This document shows, in pieces, positions 9,930 through 22,583 of a stretch of DNA of 64,000 bases. The notes under the pieces are model-generated. The model was not told where the DNA came from and ran no database searches. It saw only the letters and a list, made by a program, of their open reading frames with translations. The translations under genes and the position numbers were made by a program. The DNA is from a virus (taxonomy: Duplodnaviria > Heunggongvirae > Uroviricota > Caudoviricetes). The stretch is taken from the IMG/VR virus record IMGVR_UViG_2029527006_000005, one strand, 5' to 3'. Numbering within the stretch: the first letter of the stretch is position 1; each line of letters opens with the position of its first letter.

Positions 9930-11258
9930 TTAGTTTAGAGTACGTGCACGACGTACTAGGTCTTGGTAGCGTTTTACGAACTCTTGGAACGCTGGTACTT
10001 CTTTGTAAGATAGTTGAACACGTGCTTGGGTTAGTGTACGGATTGCTAGTACAGCTAGTTCAGCAGAGTATTCAGAGAAGTTCTTCTCTAGGAAGATGAT
10101 GAAGTTGTTCGCTAGGCGAGACCACTCTTCAACTTCGATTTTCTTCTCTTGTTTTTGCTCGTACAAATCAATGATTTTGTACACTAGGTTTAGGGAGATG
10201 AAGTAGTTAGAAGAAATATCTAGCCCTTCTGGTAGTACTTTAATCTCACCGTTTAGGATTTTCATGGTATCTGGTAGTTTAGATACGTTTTCCACATACT
10301 CGATGTAGGAGATAGCAACACCTTCACCAACACGCCCTGCAATCATAGCACGATATACAGCTTTGTCAATGGAACCATCGTTGCAATCTTCGAAGTCTGC
10401 TACACGTTCCCAAGAGCGTGGAGAAGTACCACCAGAGTGAGATGGATCAGTTGGGCTTAGGGTGTTGAAGTTCTTGCTACCAGTGTTGCTGATAAACGCT
10501 ACAGTTGCTGCGTTTAGGCGGTTTGGAATTGCGTAATCGTCAATCCAATCCTGATGGTTAGGTTCCATCTCAATGTGAGTCATACGGTCACGTAGTGGAG
10601 TTGCTAGGGTAAAGGTTACACCACCATCGTTCTCACGGTTACCCGCTGCTAGGATTAGACAGGTCTTAGGTAGCTTCATTTCCCCAACACAGCGGTCTAG
10701 GATTAGCTGGTAAGATGCTGCCTGTACAATTGGCATTGCGGAGTTGATTTCATCAAATAGAATCACACCTTTCCAATCAGCAGATAGTTTTAGTACTTTT
10801 GGTGCAGCCCACACAACCGCAGTTTCAGCGATGTAATCTTGTACATCTTTTAGCTGAGATTCGATTAGGTTCACACCGTCCATGCCAACAAACACTTTCT
10901 CTGGTACTGGAATACCACGTAGGTCAGTTGGGTCAATCTGAGATAGACGGAAGTCGATGAAGTTACTATCTTGGTCGATTAGTTTAGCATCGAATGCACG
11001 TAGTTCACGCTCGAACTGTGCTTTTTGTGCAGCATCAGTTTCTTGCTCAATTTGAGCTTTCATGAACTCTAGTTTAGCTAGATTGTCTTTACGTAGTGGA
11101 TAGTTTTCATCTGCATATTGACGAGCAATTGCGGATTTACCAATACCGGGTGCACCCCAAATCATTAGACTATCTGTAGTTTTATCAGCAAGTGCCATTG
11201 CTTTCTTGGTTTGCTTAGGAGATAGGGTAATGTTTAGGATATCGTTAGTTTTGCTCAT
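9930..11258 (-). CDS. MoxR/dynein-related AAA+ ATPase
   Basis: GAPGIGKS Walker A, LFDE Walker B, AAGN, LRDR, SPRSWE. Confidence 0.9.
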   Translation of the reverse strand: MSKTNDILNITLSPKQTKKAMALADKTTDSLMIWGAPGIGKSAIARQYADENYPLRKDNLAKLEFMKAQIEQETDAAQKAQFERELRAFDAKLIDQDSNFIDFRLSQIDPTDLRGIPVPEKVFVGMDGVNLIESQLKDVQDYIAETAVVWAAPKVLKLSADWKGVILFDEINSAMPIVQAASYQLILDRCVGEMKLPKTCLILAAGNRENDGGVTFTLATPLRDRMTHIEMEPNHQDWIDDYAIPNRLNAATVAFISNTGSKNFNTLSPTDPSHSGGTSPRSWERVADFEDCNDGSIDKAVYRAMIAGRVGEGVAISYIEYVENVSKLPDTMKILNGEIKVLPEGLDISSNYFISLNLVYKIIDLYEQKQEKKIEVEEWSRLANNFIIFLEKNFSEYSAELAVLAIRTLTQARVQLSYKEVPAFQEFVKRYQDLVRRARTLN

Positions 11259-11404
11259 ATGTTATTTCCTCATTTGGATTATAAAAAAGTACTTCATCGT
11301 TTAAGTTACGTTTGACGCTTATCCATAAGCAAAAGAGAAGGCACTGCGTTACTCATAACTTAGTGCCTTGTTAGTATTCCGTACTGTTCTCTTAATATGC
11401 GTTT

Positions 11405-11433
11405 ATTATATCACATAATGTTTCGTTTGTCCC
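11405..11433 (-). promoter_or_regulatory. GGGACA-N17-TATAAT promoter (copy 2)
   Basis: GGGACA aacgaaacattaTGTGa TATAAT. Confidence 0.8.
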
Positions 11434-11451
11434 AAGATTTTTTAAATCTTT

Positions 11452-11826
11452 TTACATGTAAACCGCAAAGAGTTTTTGAAAGTCGTCGCAGCAGAATGTT
11501 AACTGCGTTACAACCATCATGTCCGAGATGTATATGTCATAACCATTGACATAATACGGACTAGTGCAAATGCGATCCATTGATGTATACACAACCGAAT
11601 TTCTATCTTCCCGTTTTAAAGGGACTTTCACAAATTCGTACAGTTCCTTACCGTTACAGATATCAAACCCGAATTTGCTTAATCTTAGACCGCCACCAGT
11701 CCTGAAGTTCTCAAAAATTGACATAAGGAGCATTCGATCAGTAATTTCAGCTTCGCTTTCATATACATCTCTTACCTTCTCCAGTACTTCATTTTGATAT
11801 TCAGTGCTGTTGGTCTTTGGGATCAT
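11452..11826 (-). CDS. Hypothetical protein
   Basis: ORF in operon; GLRLSKFG...PYY pattern. Confidence 0.65.
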   Translation of the reverse strand: MIPKTNSTEYQNEVLEKVRDVYESEAEITDRMLLMSIFENFRTGGGLRLSKFGFDICNGKELYEFVKVPLKREDRNSVVYTSMDRICTSPYYVNGYDIYISDMMVVTQLTFCCDDFQKLFAVYM

Positions 11827-11827
11827 T

Positions 11828-12256
11828 TTAAATCCCTACAAAACCATGTCTAGCTGCATATGACTGACCTTTGGGGTTATCATAGTTCTGCTTTCCATCT
11901 TTATCAATTTTCGGACCCATACCCTGAGTGCCATATTCGTCACCCGGAATGTTCGGGAACGGGCTATCTTCTTCGACAACTTCTTCATCGCCTAGTTGAT
12001 GTTCATCAGTATACTCGTCTTCGTGTAGAATGTCACGCACTTTTTTCAATTTATCTAAAAATTTATCGTAGTCTTCAACTTCTTCACCAGCCATCGAATC
12101 GATGCAGTGGCGTAGACAACCTACGATATCTTTTAAAAGTTCTTGTGGGGAAAGGGATTCTTCCCCTTCCACCTCAACTTCTTCTTCGGACTCTACTTCT
12201 TCATTATCTAATATTTCGTCGATACTTTCAAGTAGTTCTCTGTAATTATTTGTCAC
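11828..12256 (-). CDS. Acidic putative internal head protein
   Basis: GTG start with GGAGG RBS; very acidic; in structural block. Confidence 0.55.
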   Translation of the reverse strand: MTNNYRELLESIDEILDNEEVESEEEVEVEGEESLSPQELLKDIVGCLRHCIDSMAGEEVEDYDKFLDKLKKVRDILHEDEYTDEHQLGDEEVVEEDSPFPNIPGDEYGTQGMGPKIDKDGKQNYDNPKGQSYAARHGFVGI

Positions 12257-13292
12257 TGAGACCTCCAAGGAAGCGTTCGTACTTAGCTGCAATGCTTTCG
12301 TAGATATCTTCAGCGGTTTCTTCATCTTCTGGGTCGTCGTTATCAGCATCAACTTCTTCTGATTCACGAACGTTGTTTAGAAGTGGGTTATCACCTAGAG
12401 CAGTTCGCTTGTGACGATAGTTATGGCGAGAGTTCTCAATGCCATCATTATCGAATGCATGTGGATCTGGCTCATTTTGTAGTTCTTCTTGCATTGTACG
12501 CTTCCAGTAGTACTGGTTTCCTGAAGGAACAACAATGAAGTGATCTCCTTCAACGCCGTTAGTACGCTGGGATGCATCTTGCACTGCGTCACGTTCAGTA
12601 GCGAATGGACCAAATTTGTTACCTTCAACAGATTGGTTATTATCTTCTTCTAATGATAGATCAGGTAGAATCTGAGCACTTTCACCTAGTTCTGAAGCAG
12701 CAGCTTCTTCTTCGGCATCATCAAGATCTGTATCTTCTTTAGCTTCAGCATTAACAAAATCTTCAGCAGCAGAATCATCTTCAAGTACTAGAGATTCACC
12801 GATACCAGCAAGTTCAGACATACGACCCATGTCAAACATATCGTCGCCGTCATCGTCAAGTTCCATGCTCACGTCATCAAAACCGACTTCATCACCTAAT
12901 TCTACTTCATCTTCAAACTCTGAGGATGATTCTACGCTAGGTTGTCCCGTCATGTCAAGCGACATTTCACTTTCTTCATCATCTGCACCGAAATCAGATA
13001 CAGTACCAGCAAGATCATCAATCGCTGCACTTAGATCACCAGCACCATCAGCCGGGGAAGCAGGTGACATTGCATCTTCAGGATTCATAATAGGCTGAGT
13101 CTCTTCACCACCAATACTATCAAAGTCCATTGGTTTAAGTGGAGCAAGACCACCACCCATACCACCAACTGAACCAGTATTGGTTTCTGCTTGCCCTGCT
13201 AAGGCAAGCATACGTGATAGAGTTTCGAAATCTTCTGATTCTAGTCCGTTAACATCAAGTTTAATTGATGCTTCATTAATTTTTTTAGTCAT
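12246..13292 (-). CDS. Highly acidic putative prohead core/scaffold-like protein
   Basis: D/E-rich; INE, IGE, LGE, IYE candidate prohead-protease sites. Confidence 0.55.
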   Translation of the reverse strand: MTKKINEASIKLDVNGLESEDFETLSRMLALAGQAETNTGSVGGMGGGLAPLKPMDFDSIGGEETQPIMNPEDAMSPASPADGAGDLSAAIDDLAGTVSDFGADDEESEMSLDMTGQPSVESSSEFEDEVELGDEVGFDDVSMELDDDGDDMFDMGRMSELAGIGESLVLEDDSAAEDFVNAEAKEDTDLDDAEEEAAASELGESAQILPDLSLEEDNNQSVEGNKFGPFATERDAVQDASQRTNGVEGDHFIVVPSGNQYYWKRTMQEELQNEPDPHAFDNDGIENSRHNYRHKRTALGDNPLLNNVRESEEVDADNDDPEDEETAEDIYESIAAKYERFLGGLSDK

Positions 13293-13309
13293 TTTTTTAA
13301 TCCTTGTGA

Positions 13310-14305
13310 TTACTCATCTCTATTATTTAATGATTGTATAATCTGCTTAACTTTATCTGCATCACCAGATAGCATAATGTCAGCAGCCATAAGTGAAAGT
13401 TTGTCAGCCCGACTAAGCAACATCATAATCTTACGTGCTTGTGGATGTGCTTTGATTTTATCCGCTAAACCTTTGAGTTTATCACCTTCTTTTCGGTCAT
13501 CCTCTTTAGCATCGTTATCATCAACCGCCTTTTCCTGATCTACTTTTTCTTCTTCATGACGATCTTCAGGATTAGCAGTACTGGTATCATCTACCTCAGA
13601 ATCTACGTCATCGCGAATTTTATCATTTTCTTCTTTATGATCATCTTTCTTAGCTACGATATCATCTTTTGCTTTTGATGCCATACCTTTAGGTAACATT
13701 TTACCATCAGCACTAATGAAACGATCATCACCAACATAGGTATATTCTTTACCTTTACTGGAGGTCCAAGTACTTTTACCAATTTTTAGTTCGCTTGAAC
13801 TATTTTCGTCTTCAATTTTACGAATAGCTGCTTGTTCTAATGGACGAGCAGCCGAAATATTAACTTTAAGTCTAGGTTGGGAACCACTAATATACCATTC
13901 CCCACCTTTCTTGTAATATGATTTACCTTTACCAGATACGTATACATAACCGTCTGGAACAGAAGCTAGTGGTTCATCACCATCTGCTTCCATTATAGAA
14001 TGACTAATGCTAAGGCTTTCAGCGATAACATTACCGTTTTGAGTAAATTTACCTTCACCGATAAAAGTATAATCCGCACCTTTATGCTTATATACGTTAC
14101 CAATTTTCATACTAGAAGATGAATTATGTTCAACAATTTGTTTTTGAGCACTTACATACATATTTGAGTACTTTGAAGGGTCAATCATTTGCATAGAAGA
14201 GTTATTAAACCATAACCCTTCAACAAACACATATTTTGAACCAGTATGCGACGTGTAAACATAGCCATTCGGAACCAATGAGTTGTTACCGAAAAAATTT
14301 AGCAT
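13310..14305 (-). CDS. Putative virion protein with duplicated beta module
   Basis: VPNGYVYTS..G.KY / VPDGYVYVS..G.SY and KIG...YTF/YTY repeats. Confidence 0.55.
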   Translation of the reverse strand: MLNFFGNNSLVPNGYVYTSHTGSKYVFVEGLWFNNSSMQMIDPSKYSNMYVSAQKQIVEHNSSSSMKIGNVYKHKGADYTFIGEGKFTQNGNVIAESLSISHSIMEADGDEPLASVPDGYVYVSGKGKSYYKKGGEWYISGSQPRLKVNISAARPLEQAAIRKIEDENSSSELKIGKSTWTSSKGKEYTYVGDDRFISADGKMLPKGMASKAKDDIVAKKDDHKEENDKIRDDVDSEVDDTSTANPEDRHEEEKVDQEKAVDDNDAKEDDRKEGDKLKGLADKIKAHPQARKIMMLLSRADKLSLMAADIMLSGDADKVKQIIQSLNNRDE

Positions 14306-14318
14306 TATATATCTCCTA

Positions 14319-14864
14319 TTAACTTAGTAGACGTAGAAGTTGTTCACGTTCAGCAGAACTAAGTCCAGAAAGAATACCTTCTAAACCACCAGCTTGTGGT
14401 TGAGGTTGACCTTGCGGCTGTCCCTGTGGTTCACTTTGAGGTTGTCCTTGAGGCTGACCTTGGGGTTGTTCCTGTGGTTGTTCTTCAGGTTGGAATTCGT
14501 TCATATATTCACGAACCGCTGATAATAGAGCTTGACCAACATCTTTAGGAGAAAAACTTCTACGTTCATTATTACCCAAGAATTTTGGGTCTAATTTATT
14601 TCCTTTGAAAAAGGCAACAACATCACCATATGGTACAGATTGTTGTGCTTTACCATATTTACGCCCAATGTAACGCTTGAAATCCATCCATAGTTTATTA
14701 GCTTCTGCCCCAACTTCAGCAGCACCCTGTTCAATTTGACCTGAACCAAAAGCACCTTTTACTTTACCCTTCGCAGAGTCAATCGCTGATTGTGTTCTTG
14801 AATAAGGACGTTCATTAATTGTTTGACGGTCACTACCATCAAACATCTCTTCTAACATGCTCAT
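14319..14864 (-). CDS. Putative virion protein with QPQG repeats
   Basis: ORF in structural block; Q/P linker at about 14395-14490. Confidence 0.6.
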   Translation of the reverse strand: MSMLEEMFDGSDRQTINERPYSRTQSAIDSAKGKVKGAFGSGQIEQGAAEVGAEANKLWMDFKRYIGRKYGKAQQSVPYGDVVAFFKGNKLDPKFLGNNERRSFSPKDVGQALLSAVREYMNEFQPEEQPQEQPQGQPQGQPQSEPQGQPQGQPQPQAGGLEGILSGLSSAEREQLLRLLS

Positions 14865-14866
14865 TA

Positions 14867-15409
14867 TTAATCCTTCTTACCGTTAAAGCCAGCAGCAAAG
14901 TACTTGGCAAAGTTATCACTCTTTTTAGCTAGATTTTCTAAAGCATCTTTAACAGCAGTATCAGCACGTTCTTGACCAGCTAATTCTGCACTATCGGGTT
15001 CTGGTTCACCGAATGGTTGCCCTAGAGTTGGTTCGTACTCGTCAAAGTCGATATCTTCTAGTTCTTGTTCATATTCTAATTCAATTGGTTCACCCTTACC
15101 ACGAACTTTGATATAAGCCTCAGTCCATTTTAATAGGTTGCCAATTTCATAGCGTAGTACTTCAGTTTGAACTCCACGATTACATGTAAAGTCAAACATC
15201 CAAATTTCACCACAATCTAACTCGTAAAAGTCTAGTGGTTTTTCTTGGAACATTAATTTTTTTAGGCCACCAACTTCAACCGCATCGTAGCGATCCATAA
15301 GACGAGCAGTAATCTTTGCTAGATCTTCTTTAGTTGGTTCCATTGCAAATTTCACTCTGTATTCATATTCAGGAGTGAGAGATGTTAAGATTGTCTGTAG
15401 TTTATTCAT
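14867..15409 (-). CDS. Hypothetical structural-block protein
   Basis: GGAG RBS; TAAATA box at 15439-15444. Confidence 0.65.
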   Translation of the reverse strand: MNKLQTILTSLTPEYEYRVKFAMEPTKEDLAKITARLMDRYDAVEVGGLKKLMFQEKPLDFYELDCGEIWMFDFTCNRGVQTEVLRYEIGNLLKWTEAYIKVRGKGEPIELEYEQELEDIDFDEYEPTLGQPFGEPEPDSAELAGQERADTAVKDALENLAKKSDNFAKYFAAGFNGKKD

Positions 15410-15437
15410 TATTAACTCCGGGTCACAGTAGTTTAAT

Positions 15438-17541
<2,104 letters not shown>

Positions 17542-17550
17542 AACCTCTCC

Positions 17551-18324
17551 TTATAACCCTGCTGAACCGAAAATCTTATCTAGAATATCGAGTCCTTGGT
17601 TAACGTTATCAGGTAGTAATGAATTAATTCTTGAACTATACATTTCTTCAATAGTATCGTACTGTACTACGTTATCTGGCTTAATAGTAATTTTCATCGT
17701 TACTGGTGAAGATGAACTATAATCTAGTGAGTCATAGTTAATCTCTTGAATAACACAACCGACGCATACAAAGTACTCCATGATTCCATCATTATTATAT
17801 GAAGAACCACCAATAAATTGGTCTACTGCGTTGGTTAAGCCTTGGTTGTTAGTTAATGCGGTTGCAACATCTGTAATGGTGTCACGACCTAAATTTGTTA
17901 AGGTATCTTCAGCATTTCTACCATTAAGCATTTGGATAATTACTCCGAATTTATATCCTGAATATTCTTGTTCAGAACGTGCCGTAATTCTTCGTGGGAA
18001 GTCCAATTGTTTTTGGAGTTGTCTTGATAGAGCTTTTGCGGATTCATTACCTACTGAATCTCTAATAGTGAGTACTATCGGATTCCAGTTATGCTTAGTT
18101 ACATATGACGTATTAGTGGTGAACATATGTAATTGTTGAGTGTTGAACGACACGGTTGGTCTATCTACTTGATCCACATCTAGAGCAATGTGATCACGTT
18201 CATTTATATCAGTACCGAAGTTATAAACAATCACTCTGAATTTATATTTTGCTTTTGGCTGAAGCATTGTTTTGTTTCTTCCACTTGGTAGAGGAACGCC
18301 ATATTTGTTTAGCATGTTTGCCAT
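17551..18324 (-). CDS. Tail tube protein paralog
   Basis: MANMLNKYGVPL...QPKAKYKFRVI nearly identical to neighbour; DYSSS. Confidence 0.75.
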   Translation of the reverse strand: MANMLNKYGVPLPSGRNKTMLQPKAKYKFRVIVYNFGTDINERDHIALDVDQVDRPTVSFNTQQLHMFTTNTSYVTKHNWNPIVLTIRDSVGNESAKALSRQLQKQLDFPRRITARSEQEYSGYKFGVIIQMLNGRNAEDTLTNLGRDTITDVATALTNNQGLTNAVDQFIGGSSYNNDGIMEYFVCVGCVIQEINYDSLDYSSSSPVTMKITIKPDNVVQYDTIEEMYSSRINSLLPDNVNQGLDILDKIFGSAGL

Positions 18325-18368
18325 AAAGTAACCCCTATTTAATTTTTGGATCATACATTATTTAGCAT

Positions 18369-18396
18369 AAAAAAAGCCCCAGACGAATCTAGGGCT
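18369..18396 (-). terminator. Intrinsic terminator after tube gene
   Basis: AGCCCTAGA-TTCG-TCTGGGGCT-T-run on minus strand. Confidence 0.85.
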
Positions 18397-18408
18397 ATGA
18401 TCTTTAAA

Positions 18409-19095
18409 TTAGTTATTAAAGAAGTTACTATCAGTAAGAGAAGTCGTACTGATTGCGGTTTGTGCACCAGAGATGGTACTTGCGTTAGCAGGTGTACCGT
18501 TACCAGTTACATCGTCACCTAGAGGTAGACCAGTTGGGCCAAGTAGAGCACACGCATCCGGTTGGATGGTGACAGAGATTACTTGTGGATCAGAACTTGA
18601 ATAGTCCCAATCACCAAAGTTTGTATCAGCGATGAAACAACCTTGGCATACCCATGTATTTTGCGTACCTTGATAAAGGTTAGTAGTAGTTTCACTGTTT
18701 GAACCGTCGAGTACTTGAATCCACATTTCAAACTTGAACTGTACGTCAGCAATACGAGATTCCTGTGTGTAGTAGTTAAATTCTTTACGCATTTGATTAT
18801 ACAATGCTTTTAAAGATGAGTTACCTACGGAGTCACGGAAAGCTAGTTCGATTTCACTCCAAGTGTACTTACCTTTGTAGTGTGCACTACTGTTATAACT
18901 GTGTACAGTTACGTTTTCATGCGATACGTGCGGTGAAGCTACTGTATTAGTATCGATTGTAATAAAATCACCATCTTCCGCAGCACCGAAGCCGAAGAAA
19001 ATTACACGAAACTTGTATTTCGCTTTAGGCTGTTTCATTGCAATACGACCACCACCAGCTAGTGGAACACCATATTTATCCAACATATTTGCCAT
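18409..19095 (-). CDS. Tail tube protein (gp19-like)
   Basis: Directly downstream of sheath; QPKAKYKFRV, GKYTW, WDYSSS. Confidence 0.85.
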   Translation of the reverse strand: MANMLDKYGVPLAGGGRIAMKQPKAKYKFRVIFFGFGAAEDGDFITIDTNTVASPHVSHENVTVHSYNSSAHYKGKYTWSEIELAFRDSVGNSSLKALYNQMRKEFNYYTQESRIADVQFKFEMWIQVLDGSNSETTTNLYQGTQNTWVCQGCFIADTNFGDWDYSSSDPQVISVTIQPDACALLGPTGLPLGDDVTGNGTPANASTISGAQTAISTTSLTDSNFFNN

Positions 19096-19203
19096 ATTGT
19101 TCTCCCAAAATTGGAATTATATCTTTAATATATTTATTAGAAAAGATTCCATCATCGGAGTTACAAAAAAGTAAAGGGGCTAAAAGCCCCTTTGGATGTA
19201 TTG

Positions 19204-21855
19204 TTATGCCGAAGCAGTTTTCTCAATACGGATTGGAATGTAGATAAAGTTAATACTACGTACTGGCTGGATTGCGATATCCATCCACAATTCGTTTCTA
19301 TCGATACGAGTTGGGGTGTTGTTGGATTCGTCACAAACAACTAGGAAGTCGTATAGACCGTTTAGTTGTAGAATCTCAGCTAGGAAACTGTTAACTACGC
19401 CTGTGAACTCTTGACGAGTACTTGCAGTGTTTAGACGGAACAAGAACGGATCAGCAAGAATCTCTAGTTGGCGACGGATGTAAACTACTAGACGAGCTAC
19501 GTTTACACGGCTTAGAGCACTACCTTCATCAGCAGCTAGTGTTTTATCACCAAATACTAATAGACCACGGCTTGGACGCATTGCAATCGGGTTAATCTTG
19601 TTAACGTACATAGTGTCACGTTGACCGTTGTTATATACTACTGGAGAGTATTCACCTTCGTCATTAATGTAACCTACAGAAGCAGCGTTACTTACAACAC
19701 CACGTTGAGTACCAGCAGGTGGGAACCAAACATAAGAAACAGAGTCACTATATGCATAGGTACGCATCGCGATTGTACTACCCGGTACTGCAACTTCTTC
19801 ACCATCAACGTTAGTACTTAAGCACCAACCCATGTACTGTGCAGCGTAAGCATAAGCAGTAGTACGACCAATGTCACCATTACTTGGAGCATTGTTTGCG
19901 TTGGTAGCCCATTCTTGAATGGAAGTAGCAACTGGTTTTAGACGTGCTGGAACATCAGTTACAATGAAAGCAGTTTCTTTACGATCAGTGTTTAGTGTTA
20001 CGAACTCATCAAGTAGTTCTACATAACCCGGTGAACACATTAGGTTAAAGTCAATAAACTCAGAACGAATTGCTTCGTTACCAACGATTACCGCAGCTAG
20101 TGCTTCTACAATGATTTGACGCTGTGCGTGACGACCGAATAGACCGCTACCATCAATTGCAACACCACTAACAACTTTCCATTTACCATCAACCATTTGT
20201 TTAACAACACCTTCGGTGTTACCCATGTCAACAGCGAGCATACCATTTTGATAAAGGTTTGCACTTGGAACTTCGTCGTTGAAGTCTTCGTAGATCATAC
20301 CGTTTAGAGTACTTTGATCTGCTGGATCAAGTTTAACCCACTCACCACGTACATTACGGTAGAAGTTATAACCATCAACACCTTGTGATAGCGGGAGTAC
20401 CCAGAAATCACGGTCAGCGGCAGGTTCATCAACTTGTAGATACATGTTGTTATTTTGGATTAGATCCCAATCTTCAGTACTTAGGTTAGCTACATAAAGA
20501 GTTACTTGTAGATTATCAGAGTTGCTGAAATCGTACCAGTAAGTACCATCTGCTGCTTTAGCACGTGGAGCACTTGATGCAACACGAAGAATCTGTGGGT
20601 TAACTAGAGAATAGTTACTACTATCAACGGTTAGTTTAGCAATGTTAGTTGCATCAAACGTAGATTCACCACTTTGTACAGTTTTGAAGCTATAACCAAG
20701 TTTGTTACTAATAACAACACCGTTGCTTTGTACAGAGAAAGAGAAGCCATCGTTGATTAGTTGAGCAACACGGTTAAGACTTGCAACGATAGTAGCAGAG
20801 TTCTTAATTTGTCCAGTTGGAACAACTAGCACTTTAACAGATTTGTTTAGGTAACTTAAAGTTAGGAAACAATCAGCTTGTGCAATATCTAGACTAATTT
20901 CACCAACTGGAGTAGCAGGAGCACTCGTAGTAACTAGGTTACCAGTTTTGGTGTATAGTGAGAAACTATAACTATCCCAATCGAATAGTGCAGCGAAATA
21001 AGCATTACTTGATACGCCAGTTTTAGATTCGATTTCGTAGAATGAACTACCAGTGAAGGTTTCAACTGGAACCCATACTTTAGTTAGAGAAGCATAACGC
21101 TTAACAACAAAGCGAGTACCGAAGTAGTTAGAACCATTCTTAACATAACCGTCACGAATCCAGATATCACCTACGTGAATAGCAGAACCAGTTGGCACTT
21201 TGTTAATTGGTGATAGATACGTTTCTACTTGTACTAGACCAGCACTTTCAAATTTGTATACTAGCATCTGTCCAGTACTTGGAACATGACGGATTAGTAG
21301 ATCATCGACGTTTAGACCGACAGTACTTACATCACCGATTAGTTCAGCACTAACGATGCGAACTGGTTTTAAAGTCCAGTCATAAAAACTTTGTGGGTTA
21401 GCTACATTAGCAACATATGCTTCAACTTGCGTTTCAAATGTATCTAGCCATAGAGTACCATTTGGAACATCACCAGTAGGTTCAGTGCCAGATGGTTGTA
21501 GTTGGTTAAGGTCAAGGTCAGCACGTACTACATACGCACGGTTAGCAATCCCCATATAGCTGTATAGACCGTGGAGGCCATACTCGTTTAGCTCATCACC
21601 TTGAACTACGGAACCTAAATGCTTTTGGAACACTGGTGTGCCAAACATATCTAGGGCGTTTTTTTGTGAGGTAATAAGTTGTAACTTACCTGCGTTTGCA
21701 GCTAACGTACCAGAAGCGATAGCAGAACTACCGGGAACTAGCTTGTCTTGTGCAGTTGCGATTACGAAAAGTGGCACAGTTCCGGGTGCGGATTGTGCAG
21801 AAATCGATTCGTCTGTTACGGTTACACTTACACCGGGTGATAATAAATCAGCCAT
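19204..21855 (-). CDS. Tail sheath protein (gp18-like)
   Basis: LSPGVSV, WFPPAGTQRG, KINPI, FGDKT, RVNVARL, CDESNNTP..IDRNEL, INFIYI. Confidence 0.97.
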   Translation of the reverse strand: MADLLSPGVSVTVTDESISAQSAPGTVPLFVIATAQDKLVPGSSAIASGTLAANAGKLQLITSQKNALDMFGTPVFQKHLGSVVQGDELNEYGLHGLYSYMGIANRAYVVRADLDLNQLQPSGTEPTGDVPNGTLWLDTFETQVEAYVANVANPQSFYDWTLKPVRIVSAELIGDVSTVGLNVDDLLIRHVPSTGQMLVYKFESAGLVQVETYLSPINKVPTGSAIHVGDIWIRDGYVKNGSNYFGTRFVVKRYASLTKVWVPVETFTGSSFYEIESKTGVSSNAYFAALFDWDSYSFSLYTKTGNLVTTSAPATPVGEISLDIAQADCFLTLSYLNKSVKVLVVPTGQIKNSATIVASLNRVAQLINDGFSFSVQSNGVVISNKLGYSFKTVQSGESTFDATNIAKLTVDSSNYSLVNPQILRVASSAPRAKAADGTYWYDFSNSDNLQVTLYVANLSTEDWDLIQNNNMYLQVDEPAADRDFWVLPLSQGVDGYNFYRNVRGEWVKLDPADQSTLNGMIYEDFNDEVPSANLYQNGMLAVDMGNTEGVVKQMVDGKWKVVSGVAIDGSGLFGRHAQRQIIVEALAAVIVGNEAIRSEFIDFNLMCSPGYVELLDEFVTLNTDRKETAFIVTDVPARLKPVATSIQEWATNANNAPSNGDIGRTTAYAYAAQYMGWCLSTNVDGEEVAVPGSTIAMRTYAYSDSVSYVWFPPAGTQRGVVSNAASVGYINDEGEYSPVVYNNGQRDTMYVNKINPIAMRPSRGLLVFGDKTLAADEGSALSRVNVARLVVYIRRQLEILADPFLFRLNTASTRQEFTGVVNSFLAEILQLNGLYDFLVVCDESNNTPTRIDRNELWMDIAIQPVRSINFIYIPIRIEKTASA

Positions 21856-21939
21856 TTAAAATCCTCCAAATTAATTGGTTTTCGAATATTCGTTATACCA
21901 TTATTTATTGGAGGATAGAAACTTAGGTGTAGAAAGTAG

Positions 21940-22572
21940 TTAGTTTTGGTCGTTGATGCCGTGAAGTATCCATTCGGCCTGTAATTGTAATTTTTCTAAA
22001 GTACTGTCATTTTTAACTACATAATGTGGCTTATTGATACCAATCCAAGCCCATTCGGAACTATGGATATCATTCAATGATTCAGGTTTTTCACAACCCC
22101 TTACATTGTAGGTATAAGCATCAGCATACCATGATGGCAAATCTCTCTGTACTTCGATAATAGTACCACCATTAGCACGGATCATTCGTAATTCATTGGG
22201 GAAACGACAATCAGTAATGATAATGTTACCTTCTACTTCCATCATATCTTTTTCTAGGCTGAAAACCCAGATATCATTATGGAAGTGCTTGCGAAGTACA
22301 TCAGTTCCATAATTTTGTAGTACCCAACGCGGGGATACACAATCTAATTCAAGACGTTTACACCAGAATGGGTCTGGTAGTTCTCGAATTGCTCTGGACT
22401 CATCAGTAGTACCTTCTAGCATTTCACGATCCCAACCAAAGATAGCTGCTACCGAATCTTTTAGGTTAGTTGCAAAGGACATACGTTGATATCCACCTTC
22501 GATGAAGGTTTTAGCAAAGGTATCTTTCCCAGAACCAATGCATCCATTTATTGCTACGATATTTCTTTCCAT
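21940..22572 (-). CDS. Deoxynucleoside monophosphate kinase (T4 gp1-like)
   Basis: GCIGSGKD, SFA..LK, PRWVLQ..GT, DCRFPNE, HSSE. Confidence 0.92.
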   Translation of the reverse strand: MERNIVAINGCIGSGKDTFAKTFIEGGYQRMSFATNLKDSVAAIFGWDREMLEGTTDESRAIRELPDPFWCKRLELDCVSPRWVLQNYGTDVLRKHFHNDIWVFSLEKDMMEVEGNIIITDCRFPNELRMIRANGGTIIEVQRDLPSWYADAYTYNVRGCEKPESLNDIHSSEWAWIGINKPHYVVKNDSTLEKLQLQAEWILHGINDQN

Positions 22573-22583
22573 GTTATACCTAT

